From positions 1 through 60,230 of IMG/VR virus record IMGVR_UViG_3300021964_000063: a stretch of 60,230 nt of DNA; one strand, 5' to 3'. The notes below the pieces were generated by a model. It was not told the origin of the DNA and made no database searches. It worked only from the letters and a program-made list of their open reading frames with translations. The translations under genes were made by a program, and so were the position numbers. Of this stretch, positions 1 to 10,900 are shown in pieces (positions within the stretch are counted from its first letter, which is position 1; every line of letters begins with the position of its first letter). This stretch comes from a virus. Lineage: Duplodnaviria > Caudoviricetes.

Positions 1-2955
1 AGAAGTTACAATTCCAGTCAATCCTGTACCAGATGATGTCGCAGTAATAAATCCAGCACCATTGGTCAGTTGATTAGTGTTAGTAAATGATGTGGTAATA
101 AATCCAGCACCATTAGTCAGTTGATTATTATTTGTTGGAACTGTTGGTGTATTTGAAAAGTTATTATAATTAAGGTAATAAGATGCTGCTTGACTGTTTA
201 GAGTAAAGGCATTAGTAGCATTGGTTACTGATGTAATTCCACCAATTGTTAGTTGATCTATTTTTTGAAATTCAACAACATCACCATCACTAATAAAGGG
301 TGTCATAGTCACAACAGACCCATTGGTAGCCGTAAAGTCAACTCCACTTCTCTGTTTAATTCCGTTCAGGAACACATCAATCAAACCAACTTCATATCCA
401 CCAGTAATTGTGAAATTCGTTGTTACACCAGAAGATGTTTCTGTCTGTCTAGTGATTGTTGAGAATGGAATATTAACAGTTACAGTCGTTCCAGACCCTA
501 CAATTGTTACACCTGCTCCAATAAAGTTGATGTCTGTATATCCAGTACCAACACGAACTGATCCCGATTGGATTCCAACACCAGAAATGATGTTAGTTAA
601 TTGACTACCATCTCCTCTAAAACTTGATGCTGTAATAATACCAGTTGTATTAATAGAAACTGTTGTGCCAATCCCAACAGATGCTTGTTTTCCATCTCTG
701 TCACTAAAAACAACTTCTCCAGAAGTGTCTTGGTGTATTCTAACTGTGGTGGCAGTACCAATAATTATCTCATCAATACCTTCAATTTTTCTAGCAGTTG
801 GATCTAAGGTAATTGACCCTTGACCAATCGTAAGAATGCCAGTAATTCTAGCATCACCATCAACTAATAATGTAGTATTACCATATCCAACATGAACAGT
901 TCCAATACCAGTACTAATTGTAGATGCACCAGAAACATTTACTCCATTTGATAAGACATCAACTCCAGTTCTTGCGGTAACAATACCAATAGAGTCTATA
1001 TTTTTTACATCTTCATATGTGATTGTACCACCAACTGTTACGTTGCCACTAAAGAAACCATCAACAGCAGTTATAGAACCAGCAATACTAATATTATTAG
1101 GTACGTCATTGGTTCTACCTGCACCATATACAAGTATGGCACCATTAGCAGTAGATTTTTTAAGAACAACAGCAATCTTTTGAACAAGATGTGTTGGGTC
1201 AGTAGGTCTTACATTCGTAAGTCCTCCACCAGGTGCAACATATAGTTCATCTCCTACATCAAATGCCTGAGTGTTAACACCTTCCAGTTCACCATAAACA
1301 ATGATCTGACCATTAGTGTTATTGGCAAGATCTGTACTTACAACACCTTTTGCAGGCATTGTTGTTGAGTTAGATGCTCTTGATTCCTCAACGTCTAATC
1401 TATCCTGTCCACTATTATATGCAACTTGATATACAGGTGTTCCAATAGTTAGTCCATAACCAATATTTTGGTTTCTAACATCAAGGGTAAGTTTTGATGC
1501 GGAATCAGCATCTCCACCTCCTCCTAGGGCAGTGCTAGCAATACCAACCCACTTTGATGTTGAAGAATCGTAAATTAGTAATTGTTTATCAGTACCGTCA
1601 AAAGTTACATCATCAAGATCTTTGATGAAACCTGCTCCACCACCACCCATTGTTGAGAGTTGAGTGGTAATCCTATTAATAAACAGTCTGTAATGATTTG
1701 ATAGATCATCAAGAGTCGCAAACTTTTGATCAAGAGGTGTTAATATATCAGTTTGTCCACCTGCTTTTTCTTTTTCACTAGGAGGTTCATTAAGAAGATA
1801 ATTTTCTTGTAATTGTTTTTGATCTTTTTTGATCAATGAGGCAATATCCTTAAGTTCTTGGACAGTTGATTTTAAAGAATCAATGTCCTTTACTATAGTA
1901 GATATATCATTATCATAATATTTGACTTCTGGAAGTAAATTTACTTGTTCTTTAAGTTCATTAAAAAACTTTAAAAGTGTCTCATCTGTCTTAATGCTCT
2001 GCTCATTGATAGAAGTAATTTCTTTTTCTAACTTCTGTTTTATTTTATTCTGCTCACTCAGAACTGCTTTCTTTAGTTTTCTATCATCATCTTTAAATTC
2101 TCTGTGATATTCCCAAACTTTTAATGATGACTTACTTAGTTCGGAATATATTTTATCTTTAGTTTCAGTTAATCGAATATTAGTTTGATCAATCTTCTCA
2201 CTAACATTATCTTTAAGGTTTTTGACATTTATATTTTGCTCAAAATCTTTTACTTGAATAGTCTCATTAAGTTCTGATACCTCAAAAGATATTTTCTCTT
2301 TAATTACGTCAAGATGTCCTTGAACTCTGGTAAAATCTTCATCAATAGTATTAAAAGTATTTCCAATCCACCTAAAATCAGGCACATCTCTAGATTTTAC
2401 CTTATTAAGTTCTTCTATGAGAGATGATATGTCACTATCATAGTGTTTGATCTCAGGTAAAGATGATATATCTTCTTTTAATTGTGTTATTTTATCATTA
2501 ATATGTTCAATATCATGATCGTAATACCTTATTGTTGGTATTTCGGGTATTTTTGATTCAATTTCAGTTAATTTTTCCTCAAAATGTTCATTTTTTACAT
2601 CTAAGTCATCAATTTTATTACTCTTTTGATCAAACTGTGTAAAATATTCTTCAATATGAGTTAGTTTACTACTTAAATCACTTAATTCTTCATCATAATA
2701 TTTTATTTCTGGTATTTCTGGTATCTCTTTTCTTAAATCATTGACCAGACGCACTAATTCTGCCCATTCTGGTGCAGTCTCTACCAGAATAGGGTTAATG
2801 TTCTCTATTTCTTCAACTAAAACTTCTTCTTTGGGTGATTCTGTAATATAATCTTCTACTGACGGAAGTTCCTTTTCCTCTATAAAATCTTTATATGAGG
2901 GTAGATTATTTTCCTCTACTATATCATTTATTGACGGCAGGTCTTCGTTAGACAT
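1..2955 (-). CDS. Large coiled-coil/fibre-like virion protein, >985 aa, truncated at window start (absent from ORF track)
   Basis: ATG at 2955 (MSNEDLPSINDIVEE); same frame read at 2941, ~1620 and 1-130 (spot-checked, not every codon); charged coiled-coil N-half, then GGGG linker, fibre-like motifs and NQLTNGAGFIT repeats; late promoter upstream; lies next to gp16. Confidence 0.75.
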   Translation of the reverse strand, partial: MSNEDLPSINDIVEENNLPSYKDFIEEKELPSVEDYITESPKEEVLVEEIENINPILVETAPEWAELVRLVNDLRKEIPEIPEIKYYDEELSDLSSKLTHIEEYFTQFDQKSNKIDDLDVKNEHFEEKLTEIESKIPEIPTIRYYDHDIEHINDKITQLKEDISSLPEIKHYDSDISSLIEELNKVKSRDVPDFRWIGNTFNTIDEDFTRVQGHLDVIKEKISFEVSELNETIQVKDFEQNINVKNLKDNVSEKIDQTNIRLTETKDKIYSELSKSSLKVWEYHREFKDDDRKLKKAVLSEQNKIKQKLEKEITSINEQSIKTDETLLKFFNELKEQVNLLPEVKYYDNDISTIVKDIDSLKSTVQELKDIASLIKKDQKQLQENYLLNEPPSEKEKAGGQTDILTPLDQKFATLDDLSNHYRLFINRITTQLSTMGGGGAGFIKDLDDVTFDGTDKQLLIYDSSTSKWVGIASTALGGGGDADSASKLTLDVRNQNIGYGLTIGTPVYQVAYNSGQDRLDVEESRASNSTTMPAKGVVSTDLANNTNGQIIVYGELEGVNTQAFDVGDELYVAPGGGLTNVRPTDPTHLVQKIAVVLKKSTANGAILVYGAGRTNDVPNNISIAGSITAVDGFFSGNVTVGGTITYEDVKNIDSIGIVTARTGVDVLSNGVNVSGASTISTGIGTVHVGYGNTTLLVDGDARITGILTIGQGSITLDPTARKIEGIDEIIIGTATTVRIHQDTSGEVVFSDRDGKQASVGIGTTVSINTTGIITASSFRGDGSQLTNIISGVGIQSGSVRVGTGYTDINFIGAGVTIVGSGTTVTVNIPFSTITRQTETSSGVTTNFTITGGYEVGLIDVFLNGIKQRSGVDFTATNGSVVTMTPFISDGDVVEFQKIDQLTIGGITSVTNATNAFTLNSQAASYYLNYNNFSNTPTVPTNNNQLTNGAGFITTSFTNTNQLTNGAGFITATSSGTGLTGIVTS
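44..127 (-). repeat. 33-bp intragenic direct repeat x2 (44-76, 95-127) encoding NQLTNGAGFIT
   Basis: gtaataaatccagcaccatt(g/a)gtcagttgatta seen twice, 51 bp apart. Confidence 0.85.
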
Positions 2956-2995
2956 TCTATTAGTGCATTACTTTGGGATTTCTCTCCCTGAAATA

Positions 2996-3421
2996 CTATT
3001 TATCTGCCTGACTTGCTTGCTTTAACATTTTTTGAAGGTCCGCTGTAGAACCAACAAATAGGGCATTATTTACCGTAGTAGGACCTTTTTGATCCTTTTC
3101 CTCACTAACATCTTTCAGTTTCTTCTGAAGATCCATTAACTTATCAGTAGCATCGGAAACGTTTTTAATAAGTTGACCTGCTACTTCATATGCTCTTGGC
3201 ATCTCACTTTCTTGAGCAAGTTCAAGAATACCATTGATTGCTTCTTGCCCTTTTTCTATTATTGAATAAAGATTACCTCTGGTATATTCGTAATCTTTTT
3301 TGATGTCCTCAGTTGATGATTTGATTTTTTCAATCTTATTATCAACTTTTGTTTTATCTATTTGGACATCTGAAACTTCAACGTCAAATGCCTCATCCAA
3401 ACCGTCATATTTTTTAGTCAT
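2996..3421 (-). CDS. gp16: Terminase small subunit
   Basis: DYEYTRGNLY...PRAYEVAGQLIK...NNALFVGSTADL motifs; follows gp15. Confidence 0.92.
   Translation of the reverse strand: MTKKYDGLDEAFDVEVSDVQIDKTKVDNKIEKIKSSTEDIKKDYEYTRGNLYSIIEKGQEAINGILELAQESEMPRAYEVAGQLIKNVSDATDKLMDLQKKLKDVSEEKDQKGPTTVNNALFVGSTADLQKMLKQASQADK
2997..3003 (-). promoter_or_regulatory. T4-type late promoter (ATAAATA)
   Basis: Matches the T4 late TATAAATA core; ~40 nt upstream of ATG 2955. Confidence 0.55.
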
Positions 3422-3429
3422 AATAGTAA

Positions 3430-4437
3430 TTAACTAAATCCTCCATCAAATCCAAAGTTATCTCCAACTTCAATGAATGAAGCATCTGCTTTAGTGATAT
3501 TGTAGATAGCAGAACCTAAAACATGTTGTTGAATCGGAGTCTTATCCTGTGCTCTTCTAACTGTTAACCTATTATCAACTATATTATCAACGTACATTTG
3601 CTCTTCGCCCATGTAGATGTATGTTTTCTTGGTAAACTTAGTGCCATCTGAAACTTCAATCACAGTATCTTCAAAATCAACGTTTGCTGTCAACTGAGCA
3701 ACTTCACTTCCGTTATAATCTTTCAGTGCTCTTGGTTCTACAGTGTAAGTAACATCTCTTTCGTATTGAGTTTTTCCTTTTGTTCTTGTTCCTGCAATAT
3801 ATCCAACAGAAACTTTTTCAACAATCGAAGAACTAATATCTGTAAGTGGTCCGTAAAGATAGGTTTTTGCTGTAAATCTAAATGTATAAACTAATGCTCT
3901 TCTTGTATCAAAGTTACCTTCATAATCATCTTCCATTGATACATTATCAAGCACAACTGGAGTATTGACTACTTCTGTTAATCCGCTAAGAAGTTTAACC
4001 GGTATTGTGTATGCGGGAGTGAAATAAGGTAAAATCTGTTCGGTTATTTGCAACATATCATCATTTAGTTTTGTCATTACCGACAATTCAAAAACCATGT
4101 TGTATGGTACTGGCATATATGCCTTTTTAGTTTGTTCTCCGTTATCGCCAGTTATAACAAACGTTTGAGATTTTGATACTTTTCTTTCAGGATCATAAGT
4201 TAAATCAATAAACTCAAATGACATTCTAGGCAATGTCATTTGAACAGGAGTATTCAAATCTGGAGTCTGTTCTAATCTTGCTAGAAACTTTTGTGTAGGT
4301 CCATAGGCAAGAGGAACTTTGACGACACTCCAAGTCTCATCATTTCCGTCTTTGTGTTTAATCTCGATACCGTTAAACAGAGAACCAAATGAAATGATTG
4401 TAGATCTTAGAATTTCGTTATAGAAATACTCAAACAT
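3430..4437 (-). CDS. gp15: Tail sheath stabiliser/tail completion protein
   Basis: YFYNEILR, VPLAYGP.QKFLARL, LPRMSFE, QILPYF.P motifs; synteny. Confidence 0.92.
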   Translation of the reverse strand: MFEYFYNEILRSTIISFGSLFNGIEIKHKDGNDETWSVVKVPLAYGPTQKFLARLEQTPDLNTPVQMTLPRMSFEFIDLTYDPERKVSKSQTFVITGDNGEQTKKAYMPVPYNMVFELSVMTKLNDDMLQITEQILPYFTPAYTIPVKLLSGLTEVVNTPVVLDNVSMEDDYEGNFDTRRALVYTFRFTAKTYLYGPLTDISSSIVEKVSVGYIAGTRTKGKTQYERDVTYTVEPRALKDYNGSEVAQLTANVDFEDTVIEVSDGTKFTKKTYIYMGEEQMYVDNIVDNRLTVRRAQDKTPIQQHVLGSAIYNITKADASFIEVGDNFGFDGGFS

Positions 4438-4458
4438 GATCTTTAAAGAATATACTTC

Positions 4459-4465
4459 TATTTAA
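4459..4465 (-). promoter_or_regulatory. Late promoter (TTAAATA)
   Basis: ~20 nt upstream of gp15 ATG. Confidence 0.5.
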
Positions 4466-4476
4466 CAGTTTTACGC

Positions 4477-6432
4477 CTAAGGCATTCCAAAAGGATTTTT
4501 CTCACTAAAATCAATAACTAGGCTTGCTTCTCTCTGAATACTATCATTATCTGCGAATGGAGTAACCTCGTCGTAAATACCTACCGTTCTAATAATACCA
4601 ACTGCAGAAGATTCTGAACCAGTGATCGTTTCGCCTGCCTTGAAATCACCACTAACTATTGAAATCTCAAGAGTATTAGCAACTGCATCATACTCTTTAA
4701 CTCTGGCTGTAGTGCCACTAGTTCCACCTGTAACAATTTCATTATATACAAATGATCCACTTGATGTAACTATTCCAGCAACTGGTTTTGATAATGTGAC
4801 ATCTGGTGCTATAACATATTTTGCTCCACCATTTGAGATGTAGATAGAAGTGACAAATCCTGCAGAACTGATTGTGGCAATACCTGTTGCTTTTACCACT
4901 CCATTTACTTCTGTATAATAGTTCTTCTCTGAGGTATCATTTGAAATTGTAACAATAGGAGGAGAAGTATATCCACTTCCACCAAAAGTTACAGTTATGC
5001 CTGTTACTATTCCGCAATTTTGTATGCCTACTTCAACATTTTGGGTTGTTGTAGCAAGACCAACAGTGGCGTTGTTTATAGTAAGAATTGAGGATCCAAT
5101 ACTCGTTACAAAAGTATCTTTTGGTATGATATAAACTCTTTCATATGGACTATCATATCCAGTCTGCAATCTTACACGGTCACCAACTACCATATTAGTG
5201 GTATTGATTCCTGTAATAACTGTTGAACCTATACCTATTGTTCCAGAAGTTGTAATAGAATCAAATCTTATTGTAGAAATTCCTGTAGCAGTAGTTCCTA
5301 CACCACCAGTTGGAGTACCAAAAGTCACCGTAGGTGCCTGTTTATAATAAACACCTCCTGTAGTTCCGTATGGGAACAGATACGCAGATGCACCAATACT
5401 AATAGGTGCCCTTAATACACTAGCACTGTTAAGAATAGCAGTTGCTGCGGCACCAACATGTTTTGGAGTTGATATTCCAACTGTTGGTGCTGTAATATAT
5501 CCTCCTCCACTATTTGCTATTGATACTGTCTGCACAGAACCTGTTGGAACAAGAATGCTAGTAGCAGCTGCCCCAGCACCAGAAGGACCTCCTCCGTGAA
5601 ATGTAATAATAGGTGCTACAGTATATCCACATCCAGCATTTGTTACATTTACTGAAACTATTTTTCCCGATGTTCCATCACACCCAACATAATCATAAGT
5701 AAGTGATGCTACACCTACTGCTGTTGTTCCTCCTGGTGCGGACGAAAAAGCAACTCTGGGTAGTTCTGTATACCCTCTACCCATATTTGTAACTACAACA
5801 GATCCAACAGAACCAGTTGTACACAAACTTGAAGTTGCAGTTGCCTGTGTACTGACTCCTACAGCAATAAGTCTAAGAGTCTTGATATGTCCAATCTGTT
5901 CAATTTCTTCATCAATATCATCGATTCCAGTATCAATGACTTCATCTTCATATCTAAAGAGTTCACATCTTAATGTGTAAACATAGTTCTTTTGTAGTTG
6001 ATAGAAAGGTTGTTCGTGTTCTACATATTTGATTTCAAATAATCTCTCTCCCAGTGGAAAATAAATCAAATCCCCTTCTTTTGGTCTAGTTGCTAGTTCA
6101 ATATTGGGAAGATTCTTAATCAACGGAGTAATGTACTCCTCAAATCTCTCTCTAGACACAACCAGAGTTAGATCATCTTTTTCTTGAATACCAAACCGTG
6201 ATAATATGGTTCCTTCTCCACCATAACCATCATAATTATCTACATATGCCTCAATAGGATATGCGTTATCAAACTCAGATTGTATGACTTCTTTAATTAC
6301 AGTAAACTTCGTAAGATATTTGCGAGGCATATAATACACCTCAATACCATACATTTTCAACTGTTCATTGACGAGACTTTGGATTAATCCCTGTTCTCCT
6401 TTAGTTCCGTTTTGAAAAAATGGATTAAGCAT
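4477..6432 (-). CDS. gp14: Neck protein with inserted repeated beta-domains
   Basis: LNPFF, RPKEGDLIYFP, FEIKYVEHEQPFYQL, C-terminal DFSEKNPFG; central GxGYTxxPxV repeats. Confidence 0.9.
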   Translation of the reverse strand: MLNPFFQNGTKGEQGLIQSLVNEQLKMYGIEVYYMPRKYLTKFTVIKEVIQSEFDNAYPIEAYVDNYDGYGGEGTILSRFGIQEKDDLTLVVSRERFEEYITPLIKNLPNIELATRPKEGDLIYFPLGERLFEIKYVEHEQPFYQLQKNYVYTLRCELFRYEDEVIDTGIDDIDEEIEQIGHIKTLRLIAVGVSTQATATSSLCTTGSVGSVVVTNMGRGYTELPRVAFSSAPGGTTAVGVASLTYDYVGCDGTSGKIVSVNVTNAGCGYTVAPIITFHGGGPSGAGAAATSILVPTGSVQTVSIANSGGGYITAPTVGISTPKHVGAAATAILNSASVLRAPISIGASAYLFPYGTTGGVYYKQAPTVTFGTPTGGVGTTATGISTIRFDSITTSGTIGIGSTVITGINTTNMVVGDRVRLQTGYDSPYERVYIIPKDTFVTSIGSSILTINNATVGLATTTQNVEVGIQNCGIVTGITVTFGGSGYTSPPIVTISNDTSEKNYYTEVNGVVKATGIATISSAGFVTSIYISNGGAKYVIAPDVTLSKPVAGIVTSSGSFVYNEIVTGGTSGTTARVKEYDAVANTLEISIVSGDFKAGETITGSESSAVGIIRTVGIYDEVTPFADNDSIQREASLVIDFSEKNPFGMP

Positions 6433-6436
6433 AGCA

Positions 6437-7309
6437 TCAACCGATCATATCTAGAGGTGGAAGTTCGTAAGTGCTTAACATTTTTTGCTTTATTTCATCA
6501 AGTTCTCTTTGTCCATCATCAAATATTTGTCTACCATTAAACTCAATTCCTCCTGGAAGTTTTACACCCTGGAACTTCATCAGATTTTGACCCCATTGTC
6601 TTTTGATAAGAGATGTTAGATATGGTTTTATAAATGAATCATTCCAGACTCGTGAATAATCATTACCATCCAATACTGACCAGCAATCTAAAACTAAAAA
6701 CTCTCCTGCTTTTAATTCCGTCCAATCTACGTCAAGATACATTCTATCTTGTCTTTGATTGAATCTAATTTGCTTATGAGTATTAAGTAAAAAGTTTATT
6801 GTTTCCAAATAACTCATAGTCATTGAGTAGGAGGTAAGATCATATCCAGTTGCTCCTGACCCTTGAAGTCCTGCCATATCACTTAACATTAACTGATATT
6901 TAATGTTAAACATTCCAGAAGATAACCCTTCATTATATTGAAATACTTTATTGATTCCAATAATTGATGGAGGAATTGCTATATAATTGCTATTTTCATA
7001 ATATGTAAATGTAGTATTAGTTCCAGCAATATCTGCATTTGCTGTAATACTAGTTATTCCTGACGTTCCACCGTCACCTGATGGTGCTCCTGGAGGTCTA
7101 GCATTTCCTCTGTTAACATCTTCATCAGTTACTTGGTATTTTAAATATGCTTGACTTACTCCATCAAAATGCCTTTCTTGAAAAAACTGAACAGCATCAT
7201 CAACTAAATCCTGCAACTGCTCTTCGGCAACGTTGATTTCAACAACGGGAGCTCCCAATTGCCTTAAACAATAATCAATTAATTCTTGCCTAGTTGACGG
7301 TTTTGCCAT
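6437..7309 (-). CDS. gp13: Neck protein
   Basis: LIDYCLRQLGAPVVEINV, KRQWGQNL.KF.GVKLPGG motifs. Confidence 0.93.
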   Translation of the reverse strand: MAKPSTRQELIDYCLRQLGAPVVEINVAEEQLQDLVDDAVQFFQERHFDGVSQAYLKYQVTDEDVNRGNARPPGAPSGDGGTSGITSITANADIAGTNTTFTYYENSNYIAIPPSIIGINKVFQYNEGLSSGMFNIKYQLMLSDMAGLQGSGATGYDLTSYSMTMSYLETINFLLNTHKQIRFNQRQDRMYLDVDWTELKAGEFLVLDCWSVLDGNDYSRVWNDSFIKPYLTSLIKRQWGQNLMKFQGVKLPGGIEFNGRQIFDDGQRELDEIKQKMLSTYELPPLDMIG

Positions 7310-7334
7310 TATTATAAGACAGTTCTTTTTTTAT

Positions 7335-7341
7335 TATTTAG
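7335..7341 (-). promoter_or_regulatory. Late promoter (CTAAATA)
   Basis: ~25 nt upstream of gp13 ATG. Confidence 0.55.
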
Positions 7342-7728
7342 TTAGGTATCAGTAGATATTCCTGTAAAAACATTAATATTTCCTCTTACAACACTGTAAA
7401 GAGTACTTCCGACTCCCATTATAATGTCGTATTCATATCTACCACTCCTGATAGGAATAGTAGTTGCTTTGGCGAGTGTTATACTGAACTCACCTTTATC
7501 TGCATCTGTTATAGTTTCAGTAAAACTAGCAGTTGGGACACCAGATGAACCGATGGAAACAGTTTTAGTCATTTGTGAATACATCGTATGACTCGTCAAA
7601 TTGTAATTTGACCTATCATTATTCAAAATCTTAAATGTCTCTTCAAAATCAACACCAGTATACATTGTAAGGTTCACTCCATAAGGAGTTCTTACCGAGG
7701 GATCAAAGGTAATTGTATTATTTGCCAT
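7342..7728 (-). CDS. Virion structural protein (BppU/Ig-like)
   Basis: NL.MY.GVDF, G.Y.YDI pattern typical of cyanophage structural Ig-like proteins. Confidence 0.6.
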   Translation of the reverse strand: MANNTITFDPSVRTPYGVNLTMYTGVDFEETFKILNNDRSNYNLTSHTMYSQMTKTVSIGSSGVPTASFTETITDADKGEFSITLAKATTIPIRSGRYEYDIIMGVGSTLYSVVRGNINVFTGISTDT

Positions 7729-7942
7729 TTGCTATTACTTGGAGAAGAGTTTTGATGTCACTAAGATCATTTTGTAGATTATCCACTTTTTGTTCAAGAT
7801 TATCAACTCTCTTCTTCTCAGAAGAGAGTCTATTTCTTGCATTTATGTAGTTTTCATAATCAGTTTTGTTTCGATTCACGATAGCACCAGTAGTGTTATC
7901 TCTAAAAAATCCATCCTTTCCTTCAATTGGTACTAATGTCAT
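7718..7942 (-). CDS. Small coiled-coil conserved cyanophage protein
   Basis: RD..TGAIVN motif then coiled coil; tightly packed after the VrlC-like gene. Confidence 0.75.
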   Translation of the reverse strand: MTLVPIEGKDGFFRDNTTGAIVNRNKTDYENYINARNRLSSEKKRVDNLEQKVDNLQNDLSDIKTLLQVIANGK

Positions 7943-7943
7943 A

Positions 7944-10900
7944 TCAAACTACCGCGACACATCTAAGATTTCTAAACTGAGGAACAATTGCTTGATTGGT
8001 GGATGTTCCTATTAATTTAATCCTAAACATATTAAAGGGAGTTAGATTATCAATAGTAAACTTATACTCTTTAAAGTAATTCAATGATGGATACTGAGTG
8101 TAAACATCCGATGGTGGGACATATACATCTGGTCTGCCATCAGCATTAAATGGTTGAAGAACTGTTCCAAACTCACTTTGATTATTGATGCCTGGGAAAG
8201 GAGTAAATACACATTCTGTAGAAGGAAGATCTTGATCAAGAGCATAGAACATTCTGATGTCATTGAACGTTGAAACATATCCATCAATGAATATTCTTAA
8301 GGACGATGCTGGATTCTCCAAAACAATATTTCTAGTCACATACATCAAACTAGTCGGGTCACTTAAGATTCCTTTTGCTTTGCTATCTGTAGCATAGTTG
8401 GTGATGGGTTGATTTGCTCTATTAGAAACAAATACAACAGCAGCATGATCAAGATCGATAGCAGGAGATAATCTATTATCAACGGTCAGCATATTGCTAT
8501 TCAAAGTCATTGATTTATTGTATGGGAGACCGTTAAGATAACTTCTCTCATTAGTTGAAGAAACAACCATTCTTTGATTATCGAAGTAATTCTTTTCATT
8601 AAGAGAAATTTCTTGATATCCCTTATCCAGGAAAGAGATTTCAGTTCCGCTAACAGATGTTTCAGTGACCGTTCTCATCTGAGAACTAATAGAAGTTCCA
8701 TTAGGTGTAACTGTTCTCAATTTGGGAATAACGATTGAATAAGGAAGATTATATGTTCCTTTAACCTTAGTTCCGCCGCCAGTTTTACTAGTGACAAAAT
8801 ACCGAGAACCTAAAGTAGGAGAAGTAGAACTCCTATCAGTTCCATCAGTAGACATATTAACCTTAATGTTATAGTGATCAAGTCCGATAGCATCAGTAAC
8901 AGTCACATCTGCAAATTGATGTTCTTTATTGATTCTTAGCAAAGAAACTCCACCAAATTCATATCTGTAGACTAGTTCATTTACATTATGAGTAGCAGCA
9001 ACAGTATTATCAACTGCCCTGCTTGATATTCCTACCAAAGAGTTGCCAGCAGTTCCAGTATATGAGATAATCTCACTACCAATCTTTACATATCCAGGAT
9101 TATTAACACTAACAGGAAGACCTTCAAAATCTGCTAAGTTGGCAGTCGATCCGACAGAAATGGCACCTGTATCTGCTTTAGTATATTGAGCAGAAAGTGC
9201 TGTTGGAGTGATGTCAGAACCAACCTCTTTAAGAAGAACTCTGTTTGTGTTTGAATACATTCCATGATTTCTCTGGAACACTTTCAAATGAAGTCCATCA
9301 TTTCTGACAGTAACTGGTGCGTCAGGAACCAAACTTCCACCTACACCCACATTTACATCTGAAGTGATTCCTACAGATGTAGTATATTGTAAGTAGTTAT
9401 TTGCAGTAAACTTGACTTCTCCTTGAACTTTACTGAGTTCAAGTTCATTAAATCCAAGCAATGCATTAACAGACAATTTCATGTCTCTTCCTGGTAATAA
9501 AGCATTACCACCAGTGGTTAATGGTGCTAGAACATCACCAACATTATATCCACTACCGCCCGCATTGATAGTCGCAGCAATAGCAACTCCATTGTTTATT
9601 GTAATGTTAGCGGTTGCATTCACACCTTGACCAGTAAATGCTGTTAAAGCAATTCCAGTATAAGTAAACTGCGATGCTGCGGGAGTATATCCTATTCCTG
9701 GATTAGAAAGTCCAAGATTTCCGGTTGATGAACCAGCAAGACCTACCAATACTCCTCTAAAGTTAGATGAAGTTTGAGTAATTATATCTCCAATTGATAG
9801 TTCTCTTCCAGCATCAACTCCGGTATTATTGATGGTTGTTCCAATCCCAACACTAATCGTTCTAGGAGTAATTGAAATACCATTTCTAGTGATTTTTTCA
9901 AGTTGCTGAGGAAGTTCTGGGTTAAAGAACTGAACAACGCCTTGAGATACGAACTGACAGCGATAAAGAACAAACTTAAGGTCTTCGTATTGACTTGGTG
10001 TCCATACTGAAGCATTCTGAGATTTAAACAAAGAACCTAAGAGAGGTTGCTGAGTAACAATAATTTGTCCTGCTTCTTGGGCAGCAGTTGTTATATCTGC
10101 CTCACCAAATCGGGAAATCCATACGTTGTAATCAGTAACATCTGCCTTAACAATAATCGCATACTCTGTGTTACCGTTCAAATATACTGGAGAGTTAAAA
10201 GTAAATGTAGTTGGAACGGAACCATCTTCAGATATCTCAACAAATTTTGGATCTAAAGTTACTTCAGAGAATGGGAGAATGATATTAGTTGGAGTACCAA
10301 GTCTAGTCTCACGAATTTGAATAGTTACAGGGAAATCTGTTGCTTTAGATTGGAAGAATAAATCAATTTTAGAAAGATATATGCCAGTAAGATCATCAAC
10401 AAAGAATGTTTGAGCGAGAGGATCACCGCGACGAGGACGAGGGGGAGCAGGTGGTGCTGGTGGTGGTGGGGGAGGTGGTATTCTAACAACATTAATATCT
10501 TGTATAATATTAACTTCTGTAGACTCACCAACTAGTTGTCTGCTTTCTGGTTCAATATCTTCATTAGTTGAAACTCTAGCATTTCTCAACGAAAGAGTTA
10601 ATTCTTGAGTGTTATCGAGATCACCTTGAGAATAGAATATTTCTTTAGCACTAGTAGAAAGTGATCCTTTAACTCTACTGTTAATTGAACTACTTGTTAG
10701 TCTAAACTCTGACCTTCCGGTGTCGAAAGTTGGATTAGAGACGCTAGATGGGTCAGGAACACGGAAAGAACCAATCAGAGTACCAACTCGGTCTGTGATA
10801 AGTCTAACAGAGGTTACAGTCGCTTCTGCGCCACTTGTACGTCCTCTCAATACCATTCCTGATTGAATGTATCCAAAGAACTGTGAAAACTCTTCAGACT

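Noticed and set aside
253-2107. Short + strand ORFs (253, 323, 1922)
   Set aside because: Antisense to the long - strand fibre ORF
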